Assembly: GCA_902552345.1 (NCBI GenBank)
Contig: CACDGO010000003.1
Location: forward strand, 56,221-120,220
Source of the DNA: an uncultured Pelagibacteraceae bacterium
Lineage (GTDB): Bacteria > Pseudomonadota > Alphaproteobacteria > Pelagibacterales > Pelagibacteraceae
Direction of reading: 5' to 3'
Length of the DNA: 64,000 bases
Both the position numbers and the translations under genes were made by a program. The notes beneath the pieces were generated by a model, which was not told the origin of the DNA, made no database searches, and saw only the letters and a program-made list of their open reading frames with translations. The first letter of the stretch is position 1. The number at the start of each line of letters is the position of its first letter. Shown piece after piece: positions 22,204 to 33,786 of the stretch.

Positions 22204-23012
22204 TTAAATTTTTTATTAATTTTAATTGAGTTCAAATGATTAATTGGTCCATGTCCTTTGCCGTAATTTAGATTAGATCTTATAGCTTGGTTAACATACT
22301 TAATTCCTAACTCACAGGACAACTTTAAGGGTTTTCCACATGATAAAAAAGTCGCAATAGCGCTCGATAATGTACATCCTGTGCCGTGCGTATTTCTAGT
22401 ATTAATTCGAATATTCTTAAAAATTTTAAATTCTCTTCTATTATAATACAAATCTTGCACATATTTTGATTTCATATGTCCGCCTTTGATTAAAACATTT
22501 TTAACTCCAAGATTTATTAATTTTTGAGCTACTGACTTCATATCATCAATATTTTTTATCTTTATGTTACTTAATACTTCAGCCTCTGGTATATTTGGTG
22601 TTATTAAATAAGTTTTATTAATTAGTTTATACTTTAAAGTATTAATTGCTTTATTATCTATAAGTTTTTCTCCACCTTTTGCTACCATAACTGGATCTAA
22701 AATAATTTTCTTAATTTTAAAATTTTTTAGTGACTTAATGATCGATAATATTACTTTTGAAGAATTAAGCATGCCAATTTTAATAACATTAGGTTTAATA
22801 TCATTGCATGTAAATTTAATTTGTTTTTCAATTTCTTGTGGTCCTATAGGAAAAACAGAATAGACACCTCTGGTATTTTGAGCTGTTACGGCGGTTATAG
22901 CTGTCATTGCATATGATCCTAATGCAGTAACAGTTTTAATGTCTGCTTGTATTCCTGCACCTCCTGAAGAGTCTGATCCAGCTATAATTAAAATTTTAGA
23001 TTTTGGTTTCAA
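22200..23012 (-). CDS. thiD: Hydroxymethylpyrimidine/phosphomethylpyrimidine kinase
   Basis: [37 protein letters not shown]. Confidence 0.96.
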   Translation of the reverse strand: MKPKSKILIIAGSDSSGGAGIQADIKTVTALGSYAMTAITAVTAQNTRGVYSVFPIGPQEIEKQIKFTCNDIKPNVIKIGMLNSSKVILSIIKSLKNFKIKKIILDPVMVAKGGEKLIDNKAINTLKYKLINKTYLITPNIPEAEVLSNIKIKNIDDMKSVAQKLINLGVKNVLIKGGHMKSKYVQDLYYNRREFKIFKNIRINTRNTHGTGCTLSSAIATFLSCGKPLKLSCELGIKYVNQAIRSNLNYGKGHGPINHLNSIKINKKFK

Positions 23013-23013
23013 T

Positions 23014-24345
23014 TTATTTAATAGATTTTTTTATAAGTTTTATACATTTAATTATTAGTGATTTATTATTTGACTCTGCCATGATCCTAATTTTAGGTTC
23101 AGTTCCAGATTTTCTTACAAGTATTCTTCCTCTTTGACCCATTAATTTATTCGCATTATCAATAGCTAATTTACATTTTTTTCTATCAATAACATCTTTA
23201 TTTTTTACAAATACATTTTCTAAAATTTGCGGTAATGGTTTAAAAACATTCAAAAGTTCACTAGCTTTTTTTCCCTTTCTAAGTGAAAATAAAACTTCTA
23301 AAGCTACAAGTAAACCGTCTCCAGTAGTTGCAAATTTACCTAAGATTATGTGACCTGATTGCTCCCCACCTAAATTATAATTTAAGATTTTCATTTTTTC
23401 TTTAACATAACGATCACCAACTTTTGATCTATAAAACTTTATATGCTGTTGATTAAGAAATTTTTCTAAGCCGTAATTTGACATTAATGTTCCTACAACA
23501 CCTCCCTTGAGAATTCTTTTATATTTCCATCTCTGAGCTATCATTGCTATAATTTGATCACCATCTATAATTTTACCTTTCTCATCACACATAATAATTC
23601 TGTCTGCGTCTCCATCAAAAGCAATTCCTATATTAGCTTTAAATTTTTTTACTTCAGATTTTAATTTAGAAGGATAAGTGGAACCACATTTATCATTTAT
23701 ATTTATCCCATTTGGTTTATCGCCGATAGTTTTTATTTTTGCACCTAAATCCTTCAACAGTTTTGGTGCAGCTTTGTAACAAGCACCGTTAGCGCAATCT
23801 AAAACAATTTTAAGACCCTTTAAGTTAAATTTTTTTGGAAAATTGCTTTTTAATATTTTAATGTACCTGTCGTTACCGTCTTCAAGTCGTTTAACTCTTC
23901 CAAGTAATTTTGAGTCAGTAAGCTGATTTGAATTTTTTGCATCTATTAATTTCTCAATTTTTTTTTCTATTTTGTCGGATAATTTTAAACCATCTGGTCC
24001 AAATAATTTTAGACCATTGTCATAGTAAGGATTATGTGATGCTGTTATCATAATTCCCATATTTGCTTTCATTGATTTTGTTAACATTGCTAATCCATTA
24101 GTAGGTAAAGGTCCTAGTGTAAAAACATTCATGCCACCAGAAACTAATCCTGAAACCAACGCTGGTTCTAGAGTATAACCTGATAATCTAGTATCTTTAG
24201 CAATAATTGCAGTTTGAGTATTTTTTTTTTGATTTTTAAAATATGTGCCAGACGCTAATCCAAATTTAAAAAATTTTTCACCATTAATATTACCCTTATT
24301 TACAGTCCCTCTAATGCCATCTGTGCCAAAATATTTATTTTTCAT
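23014..24345 (-). CDS. glmM: Phosphoglucosamine mutase
   Basis: FGTDGIRG, ASHNP, DGDADR, GGEQSGH, RKSGTEP. Confidence 0.97.
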   Translation of the reverse strand: MKNKYFGTDGIRGTVNKGNINGEKFFKFGLASGTYFKNQKKNTQTAIIAKDTRLSGYTLEPALVSGLVSGGMNVFTLGPLPTNGLAMLTKSMKANMGIMITASHNPYYDNGLKLFGPDGLKLSDKIEKKIEKLIDAKNSNQLTDSKLLGRVKRLEDGNDRYIKILKSNFPKKFNLKGLKIVLDCANGACYKAAPKLLKDLGAKIKTIGDKPNGININDKCGSTYPSKLKSEVKKFKANIGIAFDGDADRIIMCDEKGKIIDGDQIIAMIAQRWKYKRILKGGVVGTLMSNYGLEKFLNQQHIKFYRSKVGDRYVKEKMKILNYNLGGEQSGHIILGKFATTGDGLLVALEVLFSLRKGKKASELLNVFKPLPQILENVFVKNKDVIDRKKCKLAIDNANKLMGQRGRILVRKSGTEPKIRIMAESNNKSLIIKCIKLIKKSIK

Positions 24346-25406
24346 GAATTGTGTAATATTTCTTTAAATACCAAAATTCCTTGTTTTACCTCTTTTACGT
24401 TATGAACTCTAAAAATTTGCACGCCTTGTGACAATAAAAAAAGCACTGAGGCCAATGTTCCACCTATTCTGTCAATACTATCATGCTTACCAGATAATTG
24501 ACTTATAAATCTTTTTTTAGAAGTTCCAATTAAAATTGGAAGTCCAAGCGAATGAAACAAAGAAATCTTAGATATTAAAGTCAAATTATGTTTCAAAGAT
24601 TTACCAAAGCCAATTCCTGGATCTATTATTACTTTTTTATCAAAAAATCTATTTTTAATACTTTCTTCAAAAAAATCATAAATATCCAATAAAACATTTC
24701 TGTATTTAGGGTCTTTTTGCATTGTGTTTGGTGTGCCTTGCATATGATGTAATACTTTAGGTATTTTAAATTCTTTTAGCTTTGATAATGATTGTTTATC
24801 AAATTTAAAGCCTGAAACATCATTTATTAAATCTATATCATAATTTATACTTTTCACCATTAGCTCTGATTTTCTAGTATCTATCGATAAACAAACATTT
24901 TTATATTTTTTTTTAAAATTTTTAATAACAAATTTAATTCTTTGCCATTCTATTTTTGGATTAATAGTTTTTGAACCTGGTCTAGTAGATTCTCCTCCTA
25001 CGTCAATAATTTTAGCACCATATTTGATCATTTTTGAAATATGTTCGAAAGATTTTTTTTTAGTATTATATTTACCTCCATCAGAAAAACTATCTGGAGT
25101 TTGATTTAATATTCCCATTATGGAAGGTTCAGAAAAATTTACTTTATATAAAAAATTTTTACGTTTTGAGGTAATTTTTCCTATGTCTTTTTTTATTTTT
25201 GTTTTTTCAGATTTTCTGAGATTTTTAATATCTTTGATATGTACTAATTTGCTTTTTACCTGATTATTCTCTCTTGAAATTATTTCAATGTAATTAAAAG
25301 CTATATTTTTTTGACCACAAAGTGAATAGGCTTCTCTTTTTTTTAATAAAAATTTTGCACGACTACCATAAATAAAATTACACGCTCTAGTGTAATATTT
25401 TATCAT
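24342..25406 (-). CDS. folP: Dihydropteroate synthase with N-terminal extension
   Basis: IMGILN.TPDSFSDGG, GGESTRPG, DPGIGFGK, RVHNV. Confidence 0.95.
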   Translation of the reverse strand: MIKYYTRACNFIYGSRAKFLLKKREAYSLCGQKNIAFNYIEIISRENNQVKSKLVHIKDIKNLRKSEKTKIKKDIGKITSKRKNFLYKVNFSEPSIMGILNQTPDSFSDGGKYNTKKKSFEHISKMIKYGAKIIDVGGESTRPGSKTINPKIEWQRIKFVIKNFKKKYKNVCLSIDTRKSELMVKSINYDIDLINDVSGFKFDKQSLSKLKEFKIPKVLHHMQGTPNTMQKDPKYRNVLLDIYDFFEESIKNRFFDKKVIIDPGIGFGKSLKHNLTLISKISLFHSLGLPILIGTSKKRFISQLSGKHDSIDRIGGTLASVLFLLSQGVQIFRVHNVKEVKQGILVFKEILHNS

Positions 25407-25413
25407 GTTTTAT

Positions 25414-27309
25414 CTAAATTGCAGGTTTTGGTTTTAATCCAAGTGAGCCTAAAGCAGATGATGTCTTACCATCATCGTTTTCTTCTTCTTTAAATGATCT
25501 TGTTGGTTTAACATTTTTTAGTATTAAATCTCTTATTTCGTCTCCTGATAAAGTCTCATAAATCAGTAATGCTTTAGCAATCTTGTGTAGATCGTCTATT
25601 TTTTGGCTCAGAATTTTTCTAGCTCTCTCATAACCTTTATCAACTATTTTTTTTACCTCTGCATCAATTTTTTTAGCAGTTTCTTCAGACATATTTTGTT
25701 GTTTAGTTACCGACCTACCTAAAAAAACTTCCTCTTCATTTTCGCCATATGCAATTGTGCCTAGTTCTGTACTCATGCCATACTTAGTGACCATATTTTT
25801 TGCCATCTTTGTAACCATATCTATATCAGACGAGGCGCCAGACGTTACCTTATCATGGCCAAAAATTAATTCTTCAGCAATTCTTCCCCCCATAGCAACT
25901 GCAATATCTGCGTGCATTTTTTCTCTTGAAATAGAAAGCTGATCTCTTTCAGGAAGTCGCATAACCATTCCTAATGCTCTGCCTCTAGGAATAATTGTAG
26001 CTTTATGTATTGGATCGGAAGCTTGTTCATTTAAAGCTACTATTGCATGACCTCCCTCATGATATGCAGTTAATTTTTTTTCGTCTTCTGACATTACCAT
26101 AGATCTTCTCTCGGCTCCCATCATCACCTTATCTTTAGCTTCCTCTATATCAGACATCGTGACAACTCTTTTATTTTTTCTAGCAGCAAGCAAGGCAGAC
26201 TCATTTATTAAATTAGCTAAATCCGCACCCGAAAACCCTGGCGTGCCTCTAGCAATAGTTCTCAACTTAACATCTGGACCTGTATTAACTTTTTTTACAT
26301 GAACTTTTAAAATAGCTTCTCTACCAATTATATCTGGATTTCCAACTACAACCTGTCTGTCAAATCTTCCGGGTCTAAGTAAAGCTGGATCTAATACATC
26401 AGGTCTATTTGTTGCCGCGATTAAAATTATTCCTTCATTAGTGTCAAAACCATCCATCTCAACGAGAAGCTGATTTAAAGTTTGCTCTCTCTCATCATTT
26501 CCGCCACCTAAACCTGCACCTCTACTTCTCCCGACTGCATCGATTTCATCGATAAAAATTATACATGGAGAATGTTTTTTACCTTGTTCAAACATATCTC
26601 TCACTCTTGATGCACCAACACCTACAAACATTTCAACAAAGTCGGAACCAGATATTGAAAAGAATGGAACGTTAGCTTCACCTGCAATCGCTTTTGCTAA
26701 TAAAGTTTTACCTGTCCCAGGTGGTCCAATTAGTAGAGCACCTTTTGGAATTTTACCACCTAAACGACTAAACTTCTTAGGATCTTTTAGAAATTCAACA
26801 ATTTCCTCGACTTCTTCTTTTGCTTCTTCTACTCCAGCAACATCATTAAAGGTTACTTTGCCTTGAGACTCATTTAGCAGTTTAGCTTTTGATCTTCCAA
26901 ATCCCATTGCTCCACCTTTACCGCCCTGCATTTGTCTCATAAAGAAAATCCATACTCCTATTAGTAAAAGCATTGGAAACCAAGAAAGTAAAATTCCTAA
27001 CAAGGAAGGCATTTTATCTTCTTGAGGTGACGCAATAATACTTACTCCGTTGGAGGAAAGTTTATTCACCAGTTCTGGGTAATTAGGAGAATAAGTATTA
27101 AAATTCTTCCCGTCTGACAGTACACCCGAAATATTGTTACCTTGGATTTTTACTTCAACTACTCTTCCTGCATCAACCTCATCCAAAAAATTTGAGAATG
27201 GTAAATTGCTGGTATTTGCGTTTACCTTATTCGGGTCTTGAAACATGTTAAACAGTCCTACTGACAATAAGACAATTATGACCCACATAACTACGTTTTT
27301 TAAATTCAT
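25414..27309 (-). CDS. ftsH: ATP-dependent zinc metalloprotease FtsH
   Basis: Two transmembrane segments, [19 protein letters not shown]. Confidence 0.98.
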   Translation of the reverse strand: MNLKNVVMWVIIVLLSVGLFNMFQDPNKVNANTSNLPFSNFLDEVDAGRVVEVKIQGNNISGVLSDGKNFNTYSPNYPELVNKLSSNGVSIIASPQEDKMPSLLGILLSWFPMLLLIGVWIFFMRQMQGGKGGAMGFGRSKAKLLNESQGKVTFNDVAGVEEAKEEVEEIVEFLKDPKKFSRLGGKIPKGALLIGPPGTGKTLLAKAIAGEANVPFFSISGSDFVEMFVGVGASRVRDMFEQGKKHSPCIIFIDEIDAVGRSRGAGLGGGNDEREQTLNQLLVEMDGFDTNEGIILIAATNRPDVLDPALLRPGRFDRQVVVGNPDIIGREAILKVHVKKVNTGPDVKLRTIARGTPGFSGADLANLINESALLAARKNKRVVTMSDIEEAKDKVMMGAERRSMVMSEDEKKLTAYHEGGHAIVALNEQASDPIHKATIIPRGRALGMVMRLPERDQLSISREKMHADIAVAMGGRIAEELIFGHDKVTSGASSDIDMVTKMAKNMVTKYGMSTELGTIAYGENEEEVFLGRSVTKQQNMSEETAKKIDAEVKKIVDKGYERARKILSQKIDDLHKIAKALLIYETLSGDEIRDLILKNVKPTRSFKEEENDDGKTSSALGSLGLKPKPAI

Positions 27310-27404
27310 AATATCTAAATAATCATTAATATTTTTTTAACAAGTATATTTTAATATTAATTTAGCTGTAAATAAGACAAATTAATCCTATTTTCCGATA
27401 AATA

Positions 27405-28424
27405 TTACCTTTTTTCAACTATTAAGCATAATTTATCTTTTTTTATATAAAAAATACATCCTCCGAGAGTGTGTTTTTTAAATTTTTTTGCTTTCATGCT
27501 TTTAATCAAATTATTAACTTTTTTTGAGCGAAGAGTATAATAATTATTTTTTAAAATCTTAACTGAGTCATTGATTAATCTCAATTTAATATCATTATTT
27601 AAATTCATAAATTTTGCAAAATTTAGTTCTATTTTACTTTTTGATTTTTTAACAATTTCTTCAAACGTTTTTTTATAATACTCTTCTAAAGTAGCTCTGC
27701 TAGAAGCTAAGTTATTGATTGATTTTATAATTTGATCGTAGTTAATCCCACTCTGACTTAAAGGTTTTTTAAGATTTCTTATTTTGGTCCTTAAGTATTT
27801 GGTATTATTATTTGATGGATCCTTAAAATATTTACCGAATACTTTTTTTGAAATCTTGATTAAGTTATTTTTCTTAGTATCTAGTAAAGGTCTTAATAAT
27901 CTAATGTTTTTATCGAGTTTACTTAAAGTTTTCATTGAAGATAAACCCGTGAGACCGCTCCCTCTAGCTAATCTTATAAAGAAGGTTTCTACTTGGTCTT
28001 CTAAATTATGAGCTGTTAAAATAGTTTTAGCATTTTTTTTATTACAAAAACTTAAAAGTAATTGGTATCTTATTTTTCTTGCCTCACTTTGAATATTTTT
28101 TTTTATAATAGAAGAATTTGTTATAATAACTAAAGAGATATTATGTTTTTTTAATAAAATTTTCACTTGATTGGCCTCTTTGGTAGATTTTTTTCTAATT
28201 TGATGATCTATTAGGACATAATAAAATTTTAATTTTTTTTCATAACTGAAAGCTTTTGTTAAAGCTGCTAAAGCTAGACTATCTGGACCTCCGGAAATTG
28301 CAACAACAATTGGTTGTCTATTGATATTTGCAAATTTTTTTTTAAAATTTATATAAATTTCTGAAATTTCTTTTTGATTCTTAAAACCACTCTTAAGAAT
28401 TACATTTGAATTTTTTTTGCTCAT
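27405..28424 (-). CDS. tilS: tRNA(Ile)-lysidine synthase
   Basis: SGGPDS, AR..RY, AHNLEDQVET, RPLL, DPSN. Confidence 0.95.
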   Translation of the reverse strand: MSKKNSNVILKSGFKNQKEISEIYINFKKKFANINRQPIVVAISGGPDSLALAALTKAFSYEKKLKFYYVLIDHQIRKKSTKEANQVKILLKKHNISLVIITNSSIIKKNIQSEARKIRYQLLLSFCNKKNAKTILTAHNLEDQVETFFIRLARGSGLTGLSSMKTLSKLDKNIRLLRPLLDTKKNNLIKISKKVFGKYFKDPSNNNTKYLRTKIRNLKKPLSQSGINYDQIIKSINNLASSRATLEEYYKKTFEEIVKKSKSKIELNFAKFMNLNNDIKLRLINDSVKILKNNYYTLRSKKVNNLIKSMKAKKFKKHTLGGCIFYIKKDKLCLIVEKR

Positions 28425-29355
28425 ACTGAGCTTTTTGTAACACAGACTTGCTTGCTTTTGGGTATTCTTTTTTTAGTCCTAATATCATTTTGCATCCTTG
28501 ATCTTTTTCTCCAAGTTGGACCATTGTAATACCTAGCTTTAAAAGATTATCGGGAGCTTTCTTACTTTTTGGATAATTTTGATATCCATCTAGATAAGCT
28601 GAGGCTGCATCTGAATATAATTGTCTGATTCTAAAGGTCTCTCCATACCAATATTGAGCATTTCCAGCTAAATCATGATCTTTATTTTTTTGAATAAATT
28701 CTTTTAATGCAAACTCTGCGGTTTCATAATCACCAATTTTCATAAAGCTAACTGCAAACTCGTATTGTTCATTAGGTGATTTATCTGGCAGAAGAGACTC
28801 TTCTTTTTCAGGACTTTCTGTAATTACAGTCTGAGCACTCTCTATAGAATTAATTGTTTGTTGTGCAGGTAAATTTTTAGTTTGGTAACCAGGGTTTGCT
28901 CCAAAATCTTGTGGCTTACTAGTACCAGGTATTTGAGTTTGAGACTTTGTCAGGTCAGTAGTTGTACCTCTTTCAATATCTGAGAGTCTTAATTGCGTAT
29001 CTGACTGAATTTTTGTTACTCGTGTAGATAATTTATCTAATTTAAAATTAACTTCCTCAAATTTATTAGTTAGTTCTCTAAACTGATCTTCTATCTCATT
29101 TAATTTTAAAAGATGTTTTGTTAGAATATCTTCGTTTAAGCTATCAGAATTTTTAGAAGATAAGTTAGGTGTAGATGTAAGATTTGAATTTTGGTAGACA
29201 GCCTTTTCAAGAGTTTTAAGATCCTTTGTAATTACTTGAATTTGATCTGAGATAGCTTTAAGATATGTTTCTTCCTCTTCTGCTTTTAAACTTGTAAAAA
29301 TCAGAACAAAATAAATTAATGTAGAATAAATGAAATATTGATTAAACTTGTTCAT
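28393..29355 (-). CDS. cpoB: Tol-Pal system protein CpoB/YbgF
   Basis: Signal peptide, coiled coil, TPR (NAQYWYGE, KAPDNLLKLG); lies between pal and tilS. Confidence 0.92.
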   Translation of the reverse strand: MNKFNQYFIYSTLIYFVLIFTSLKAEEEETYLKAISDQIQVITKDLKTLEKAVYQNSNLTSTPNLSSKNSDSLNEDILTKHLLKLNEIEDQFRELTNKFEEVNFKLDKLSTRVTKIQSDTQLRLSDIERGTTTDLTKSQTQIPGTSKPQDFGANPGYQTKNLPAQQTINSIESAQTVITESPEKEESLLPDKSPNEQYEFAVSFMKIGDYETAEFALKEFIQKNKDHDLAGNAQYWYGETFRIRQLYSDAASAYLDGYQNYPKSKKAPDNLLKLGITMVQLGEKDQGCKMILGLKKEYPKASKSVLQKAQYEQKKFKCNS

Positions 29356-29381
29356 GACTCTTTTTAATGAGATAAGATGGC

Positions 29382-29422
29382 AAAAAAAAGACCCTTCAAT
29401 ATTAGGTATTAAAGGGTCTTTT
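29382..29422 (-). terminator. Rho-independent terminator after pal
   Basis: Minus strand AAAAGACCCTTTAATA-CCTAA-TATTGAAGGGTC followed by 8 T. Confidence 0.85.
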
Positions 29423-29435
29423 AGTTATAAATTTT

Positions 29436-29912
29436 TTAGTTTACTTTAACCGTTACAGATCTTCTATTTTGAGACCAAGAAATTGGTGAAGATTTTGGAT
29501 TAACAGGTTTCTCTTTTCCGTAACTAATTACAGAAATTCTTTTTCCAGAAATACCATATGTCATCAAATAATCTCTTGCGGCATTAGCCCTTCTCTCACC
29601 TAATGCTAAGTTGTATTCTCTTGTACCTCTTTCATCAGCATGACCTTCGATTGTAACGTTCAAGCTTTTGTTTTTTCTTAAATAAGTTGCTTGTTTTCGT
29701 AACGTTGCTCTTGAAGCAGAAGTTAAAGATGATTTATTTGTTGCAAAAAATACTCTATCAGCCACTCCAGTAGCTAAATATTCTACTGTTTCCTTTCCAG
29801 TATACACATCACCTTCGATATCTGCTGATTTCTTAGCAGTAGAACATGCGCTAAGGATAAGTGTAGTAAAAATTAATAGTAATATATTTTTTAAATTCGT
29901 TTTTATTGTCAT
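29436..29912 (-). CDS. pal: Peptidoglycan-associated lipoprotein Pal
   Basis: Lipobox LSAC, EGHADERGTREYNLALGERRA; likely start is the ATG at 29912 behind AGGGGA (ORF track extends to 29930). Confidence 0.96.
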   Translation of the reverse strand: MTIKTNLKNILLLIFTTLILSACSTAKKSADIEGDVYTGKETVEYLATGVADRVFFATNKSSLTSASRATLRKQATYLRKNKSLNVTIEGHADERGTREYNLALGERRANAARDYLMTYGISGKRISVISYGKEKPVNPKSSPISWSQNRRSVTVKVN

Positions 29913-29987
29913 TTTTTCCCCTAGGTTCACTTTGGTTAAATCAAATTATTTATGGTTATTCAAGTATATTTTACATAAAATTCAACC

Positions 29988-31325
29988 TCACTTAGATAAT
30001 AAAGAGGACCAAGATGGGTCGGAAGCGTCGGTTTTTGTTGAGAGCTTCCTCTCATTATATCCAGTTATATCTATTGACCATAATTTAGCTGAAAACCCCT
30101 CTCCTTTTTCACCAGCTTTAGTTTCTCGATAAAATACTAAAACTCTACCATTCGGTGACCATGATGGAGCTTCTTGGTAGTAATTTTCAGTTAGTAATCT
30201 TTCTCCTGTTCCATCTGTTCTCATTACTCCAATATAAAATCTTCCTTTATACATTTTGGTAAAGGCTATTAAGTCACCTCGCGGAGACCATACTGGAGTG
30301 CCATAAATTCCTTTTCCAAAAGTAATTCTTTTAACATTGCTTCCATCACTTCTCATTACATAAATTTGTTGTAGTCCACTCCTATCAGAATTAAATGCTA
30401 TAAATTTTCCATCTGGTGAAAAGGAAGGTGATGTGTCAATTGAGGAGTGATCAGTTATTCTTTCAACTAATCTGGACTCTAAATTCATTGTGTAAATATC
30501 AGAATTTCCATCCTTAGCAAAACTCATTATAATTTTTTTACCATCTGGTGAAAATCTTGGTGCAAATGTCATGCCAGGAAAATTTCCAACAATATCTTGA
30601 GTTCCAGTTTCAATATCCAATAAGTAAACCCTTGGCATATTTCTAAAATAAGACATGTATGTAACCATTTGATTTGTTGGATTAAATCTTGGAGTTAAAA
30701 CTAGTTCATTGCCTAAAGTTAAATATTTTGTATTAAATCCATCTTGATCCATAATGGCTAATTTTTTTATTCTTTGATTTTTCGGACCGCTTTCAGCTAC
30801 ATATATTATTCTTGTATCAAAATACCCATCTTCGCCTGTTAATCTCTCGTAAATTTTATCTGATATAATATGAGCTACTCTCCTCCAATTTGATGGAGTT
30901 GTTGTGAATGCTAAAGCTGTCATTTCTTTAGCTGCAGTCAAATCCCAAAGTCTAAATTCGACTTTTAATTTCTCATCTTTTATAATTAGTTTGCCCGTAA
31001 CTAATGCTTGAGCTTTTATCAATCGCCAATCTTCAAATCTTGGTTTTAAATGAGCAATGTCAGGTTTCTGAACGAATGCATCCTTTTTTAAAGGATTAAA
31101 TAGTCCAGTATTTTTGAAATTTCTTTCAATAATTTCAGAAATATCGTCTCCCAAATTTTTAATTTTGAGATCTTTGTATTTCTCTGATTTTATATCTACA
31201 TGAAGTGGGGAAACAGCTATTGGCAATGGATCTAGATTACCCCGCGTAATATCAATTTCTATAAGAGCATGAGATTTATTTAAAAAAAATATACTTATTA
31301 AAAAAATAAAATTTAATAATTTCAT
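29988..31325 (-). CDS. tolB: Tol-Pal beta-propeller protein TolB
   Basis: Signal peptide, AH..SD..YE.LTGE.GYF.TRI, repeated P.[FW]SPDG units. Confidence 0.97.
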   Translation of the reverse strand: MKLLNFIFLISIFFLNKSHALIEIDITRGNLDPLPIAVSPLHVDIKSEKYKDLKIKNLGDDISEIIERNFKNTGLFNPLKKDAFVQKPDIAHLKPRFEDWRLIKAQALVTGKLIIKDEKLKVEFRLWDLTAAKEMTALAFTTTPSNWRRVAHIISDKIYERLTGEDGYFDTRIIYVAESGPKNQRIKKLAIMDQDGFNTKYLTLGNELVLTPRFNPTNQMVTYMSYFRNMPRVYLLDIETGTQDIVGNFPGMTFAPRFSPDGKKIIMSFAKDGNSDIYTMNLESRLVERITDHSSIDTSPSFSPDGKFIAFNSDRSGLQQIYVMRSDGSNVKRITFGKGIYGTPVWSPRGDLIAFTKMYKGRFYIGVMRTDGTGERLLTENYYQEAPSWSPNGRVLVFYRETKAGEKGEGFSAKLWSIDITGYNERKLSTKTDASDPSWSSLLSK

Positions 31326-32132
31326 TTATCCTTTCAACATCTCTGTTGGATTAAAATTCAATTGGAGATCCTTCCATTTATCATAACCTGTTGGTGGAAC
31401 TTTTAATGGTTGACATAATCTCACTGCTCTCAAAGCGCTTTCTGCTAAAACCTTGTAAAACTTTTGTCCTGGCCTATTCATTCTTTCATGATCTAAAATC
31501 TCAGATTTAATTATAGTCCCATCCTTCTTCAATTGAAGCTTAATCCTGACTAATAAATTTTGGTCATAAGGTAGCCCTAAAGGGACACTCCAGCAACCAA
31601 ATATTTGAGCTCTTAAAGCGTCCTCTTGAGATAAAGTTAATCCAGTAGCGAAAGAATTTTTTTTGCTACTTTGTGATATTTTGTTTATTTCTTTTTGTTT
31701 GACGGCCTCTGTCTCTTTCGCTTTGTCAATTAAAGCTGCGATTTGATTTGTATCAATAAGCTCGTTTTTTTCAAATTCTGAAGACTGCCTAATTTGTGGT
31801 TTAACTTCCTCAGGGTTTTGCTTTTTTTTCACTATTTTTTTTTCTTCTTTTTTGTCATTAGGTAATGGGATTCTATCAGGTTTTTCTTTGGCTTTTGCAG
31901 CTGGTGGTGCCTGTTTTGAAACTATTCTTTCCTCTTTTTTTTTTGTTTCCTCAATAATTTTTCTAACCTTAGGCGCATAGGGAATGTTTGTTTTATCTGA
32001 AATTTGTATTAATTCTACTGAAACAATTGGAGGTAGATCAATTGGCTCTCTGAGCATAAATGGAAGGCTTAAAATTGTTAATATTATCATTAGGGAGTGA
32101 AATGTGATCGAATAAAATAAACTTTTTAACAT
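31326..32132 (-). CDS. tolA: TolA-like protein
   Basis: N-terminal TM with S...H, K/E/P-rich linker, C-terminal CW...ESALRAV..CQP domain; between tolR and tolB. Confidence 0.88.
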   Translation of the reverse strand: MLKSLFYSITFHSLMIILTILSLPFMLREPIDLPPIVSVELIQISDKTNIPYAPKVRKIIEETKKKEERIVSKQAPPAAKAKEKPDRIPLPNDKKEEKKIVKKKQNPEEVKPQIRQSSEFEKNELIDTNQIAALIDKAKETEAVKQKEINKISQSSKKNSFATGLTLSQEDALRAQIFGCWSVPLGLPYDQNLLVRIKLQLKKDGTIIKSEILDHERMNRPGQKFYKVLAESALRAVRLCQPLKVPPTGYDKWKDLQLNFNPTEMLKG

Positions 32133-32140
32133 AAATCATC

Positions 32141-32554
32141 CTAATTTTTGTAGGGCTCTGAAATCAATGCTACTTTTGAAAAACCAGCACCAGATAGAGT
32201 GCCCATTACCTCCAAAACTCTACCGTAATTAATGTTCTTATCACCTCTCACATAAATTCTTGTATCAGTTCTATTTTTAGCAATCGCTAATAATTTTGGA
32301 ACCATTTTTTGATAAGTAACTTGATGTTCTTGAATATAAATTTCTCCCTTAGAATTTATGCTAATTGTTAATGGTTCTTGATCATCTGGAAGCGAGTCAG
32401 CGGCTGACTCTGGCAGATCTACCTGAACACCAACTGTAAGTAATGGAGCAGTAACCATAAAAATAATTAAAAGTACAAGCATCACATCTACAAATGGTGT
32501 AACGTTTATTTCACTCATCGGTTCGTTTCTAGAGCGGTTTAAATTAAAGGCCAT
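32141..32554 (-). CDS. tolR: TolR
   Basis: EINVTPFVDVMLVLLIIFMV, RGD..YG. Confidence 0.96.
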   Translation of the reverse strand: MAFNLNRSRNEPMSEINVTPFVDVMLVLLIIFMVTAPLLTVGVQVDLPESAADSLPDDQEPLTISINSKGEIYIQEHQVTYQKMVPKLLAIAKNRTDTRIYVRGDKNINYGRVLEVMGTLSGAGFSKVALISEPYKN

Positions 32555-32556
32555 CG

Positions 32557-33237
32557 CTAAATAATTGATAAAAATCGTTTTGAAAAATTTTCAATTTTTG
32601 AAAAATATCTTCTGGAGTCACTATTAAACTTATTATATGCAACAACTGCTGGTATGGCAGCTAATAGTCCAAGTGCGGTAGCAAACAAAGCTTCGGCTAT
32701 ACCTGGTGCCACTATAGCTAAGCTTGTATTCCTTGATATTGCAATAGATTGAAAAGAGTTCATGATTCCCCAGACAGTTCCAAATAATCCTATGAAAGGA
32801 GCCGTAGAACCGATTGTCGCTAGATAAGTAAAATTGCTCTCAACTTTTTTCATTTCATTGTCTGTTGCTATTTCTAAAATTCTTTCAACCCTTGCGCTCT
32901 GAATAGCACTAGATTGTCTCTTACTTTTAATTAATTCCGTCATTGCTGCTTTAAAAATTAAAGTAGCAGGATCACTTGAGTTTGCTGGAAGGTTATTATT
33001 AAAACTTTCAGCGGATTTTGCTTTCCAAAATTTTTTTTCAAACTCTGATGTTGATTTATTAATATTTTTAAATAGTTTAAATTTATCGAAAATTAACGCC
33101 CATGAAAATATCGAACTTGCAATCAATAAAATGATTACAAATTTTACAACAAAATCAGCTCTTATAAAAAGATTCCACAAAGTAAAATCAGAAGCTCCAC
33201 CTAGACCAACTACTTGTGCTACTATATCTTGTTCCAT
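32557..33237 (-). CDS. tolQ: TolQ
   Basis: LATIGSTAPFIGLFGTVWGIM, VAPGIAEALFATA. Confidence 0.97.
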   Translation of the reverse strand: MEQDIVAQVVGLGGASDFTLWNLFIRADFVVKFVIILLIASSIFSWALIFDKFKLFKNINKSTSEFEKKFWKAKSAESFNNNLPANSSDPATLIFKAAMTELIKSKRQSSAIQSARVERILEIATDNEMKKVESNFTYLATIGSTAPFIGLFGTVWGIMNSFQSIAISRNTSLAIVAPGIAEALFATALGLLAAIPAVVAYNKFNSDSRRYFSKIENFSKRFLSII

Positions 33238-33294
33238 TATGGTTGATTACTTTTAGAATGTGTCATGAATTTGGCGTTTTTAAAGAAATAAATA

Positions 33295-33786
33295 CTAATT
33301 TTTATCTCTTAATCTTGTTTCAACATAATATCTTGCTATTAAAATTGCATCAGTTTTGTTTACATCTTTTTTTCGTGTCAATTGATTAGATAAAGATGGA
33401 TACATTTCAATAACTTTAGTCCTACTCGCGTCTTTTGCAGAATTGATTAGTTCAAAATGTTTTTTCCATTTAGATGGTCTTACGAAATAAATGGGTAAAT
33501 TTAGAGCTGCACAAACACCTTTAATTGCTCCAAAACTTTGACCAAAGTTAAACATACTTGTTACTCCTTGTCCAGGCATTGCATTTACTTGTTCTACCAC
33601 CACAGCCATTTCTTCGTTATTATTTTTATGTTCTTTAATTATGCTTACTAGCTGTGCGCTATTTAACTGTCTTTTATTTTTTTTTCCCTCTGACATAACT
33701 GGCATATCAAAGATGCCTACTACTTTTTTTTCATCTAAAATTGCTATCGCTCCACTCAAACCAGGGTCTATTCCAATAATCCTCAT
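33295..33786 (-). CDS. RuvC-fold Holliday junction resolvase, phage/MOC1-like subtype
   Basis: IGIDPG, DMP, VVEQV..MPGQGVTSMFNFG, P..WKK, KD.SR, KKD...DAILIA. Confidence 0.82.
   Translation of the reverse strand: MRIIGIDPGLSGAIAILDEKKVVGIFDMPVMSEGKKNKRQLNSAQLVSIIKEHKNNNEEMAVVVEQVNAMPGQGVTSMFNFGQSFGAIKGVCAALNLPIYFVRPSKWKKHFELINSAKDASRTKVIEMYPSLSNQLTRKKDVNKTDAILIARYYVETRLRDKN

Noticed and set aside
25130-25406. N-terminal extension of about 90 aa on FolP
   Set aside because: Similar extensions occur in other alphaproteobacterial FolP proteins; no separate domain recognisable
33262-33275. GCC-N8-GAC (minus strand) upstream of tolQ as a possible ChvI-type site
   Set aside because: Single short degenerate match, not convincingly repeated at other envelope promoters in the window
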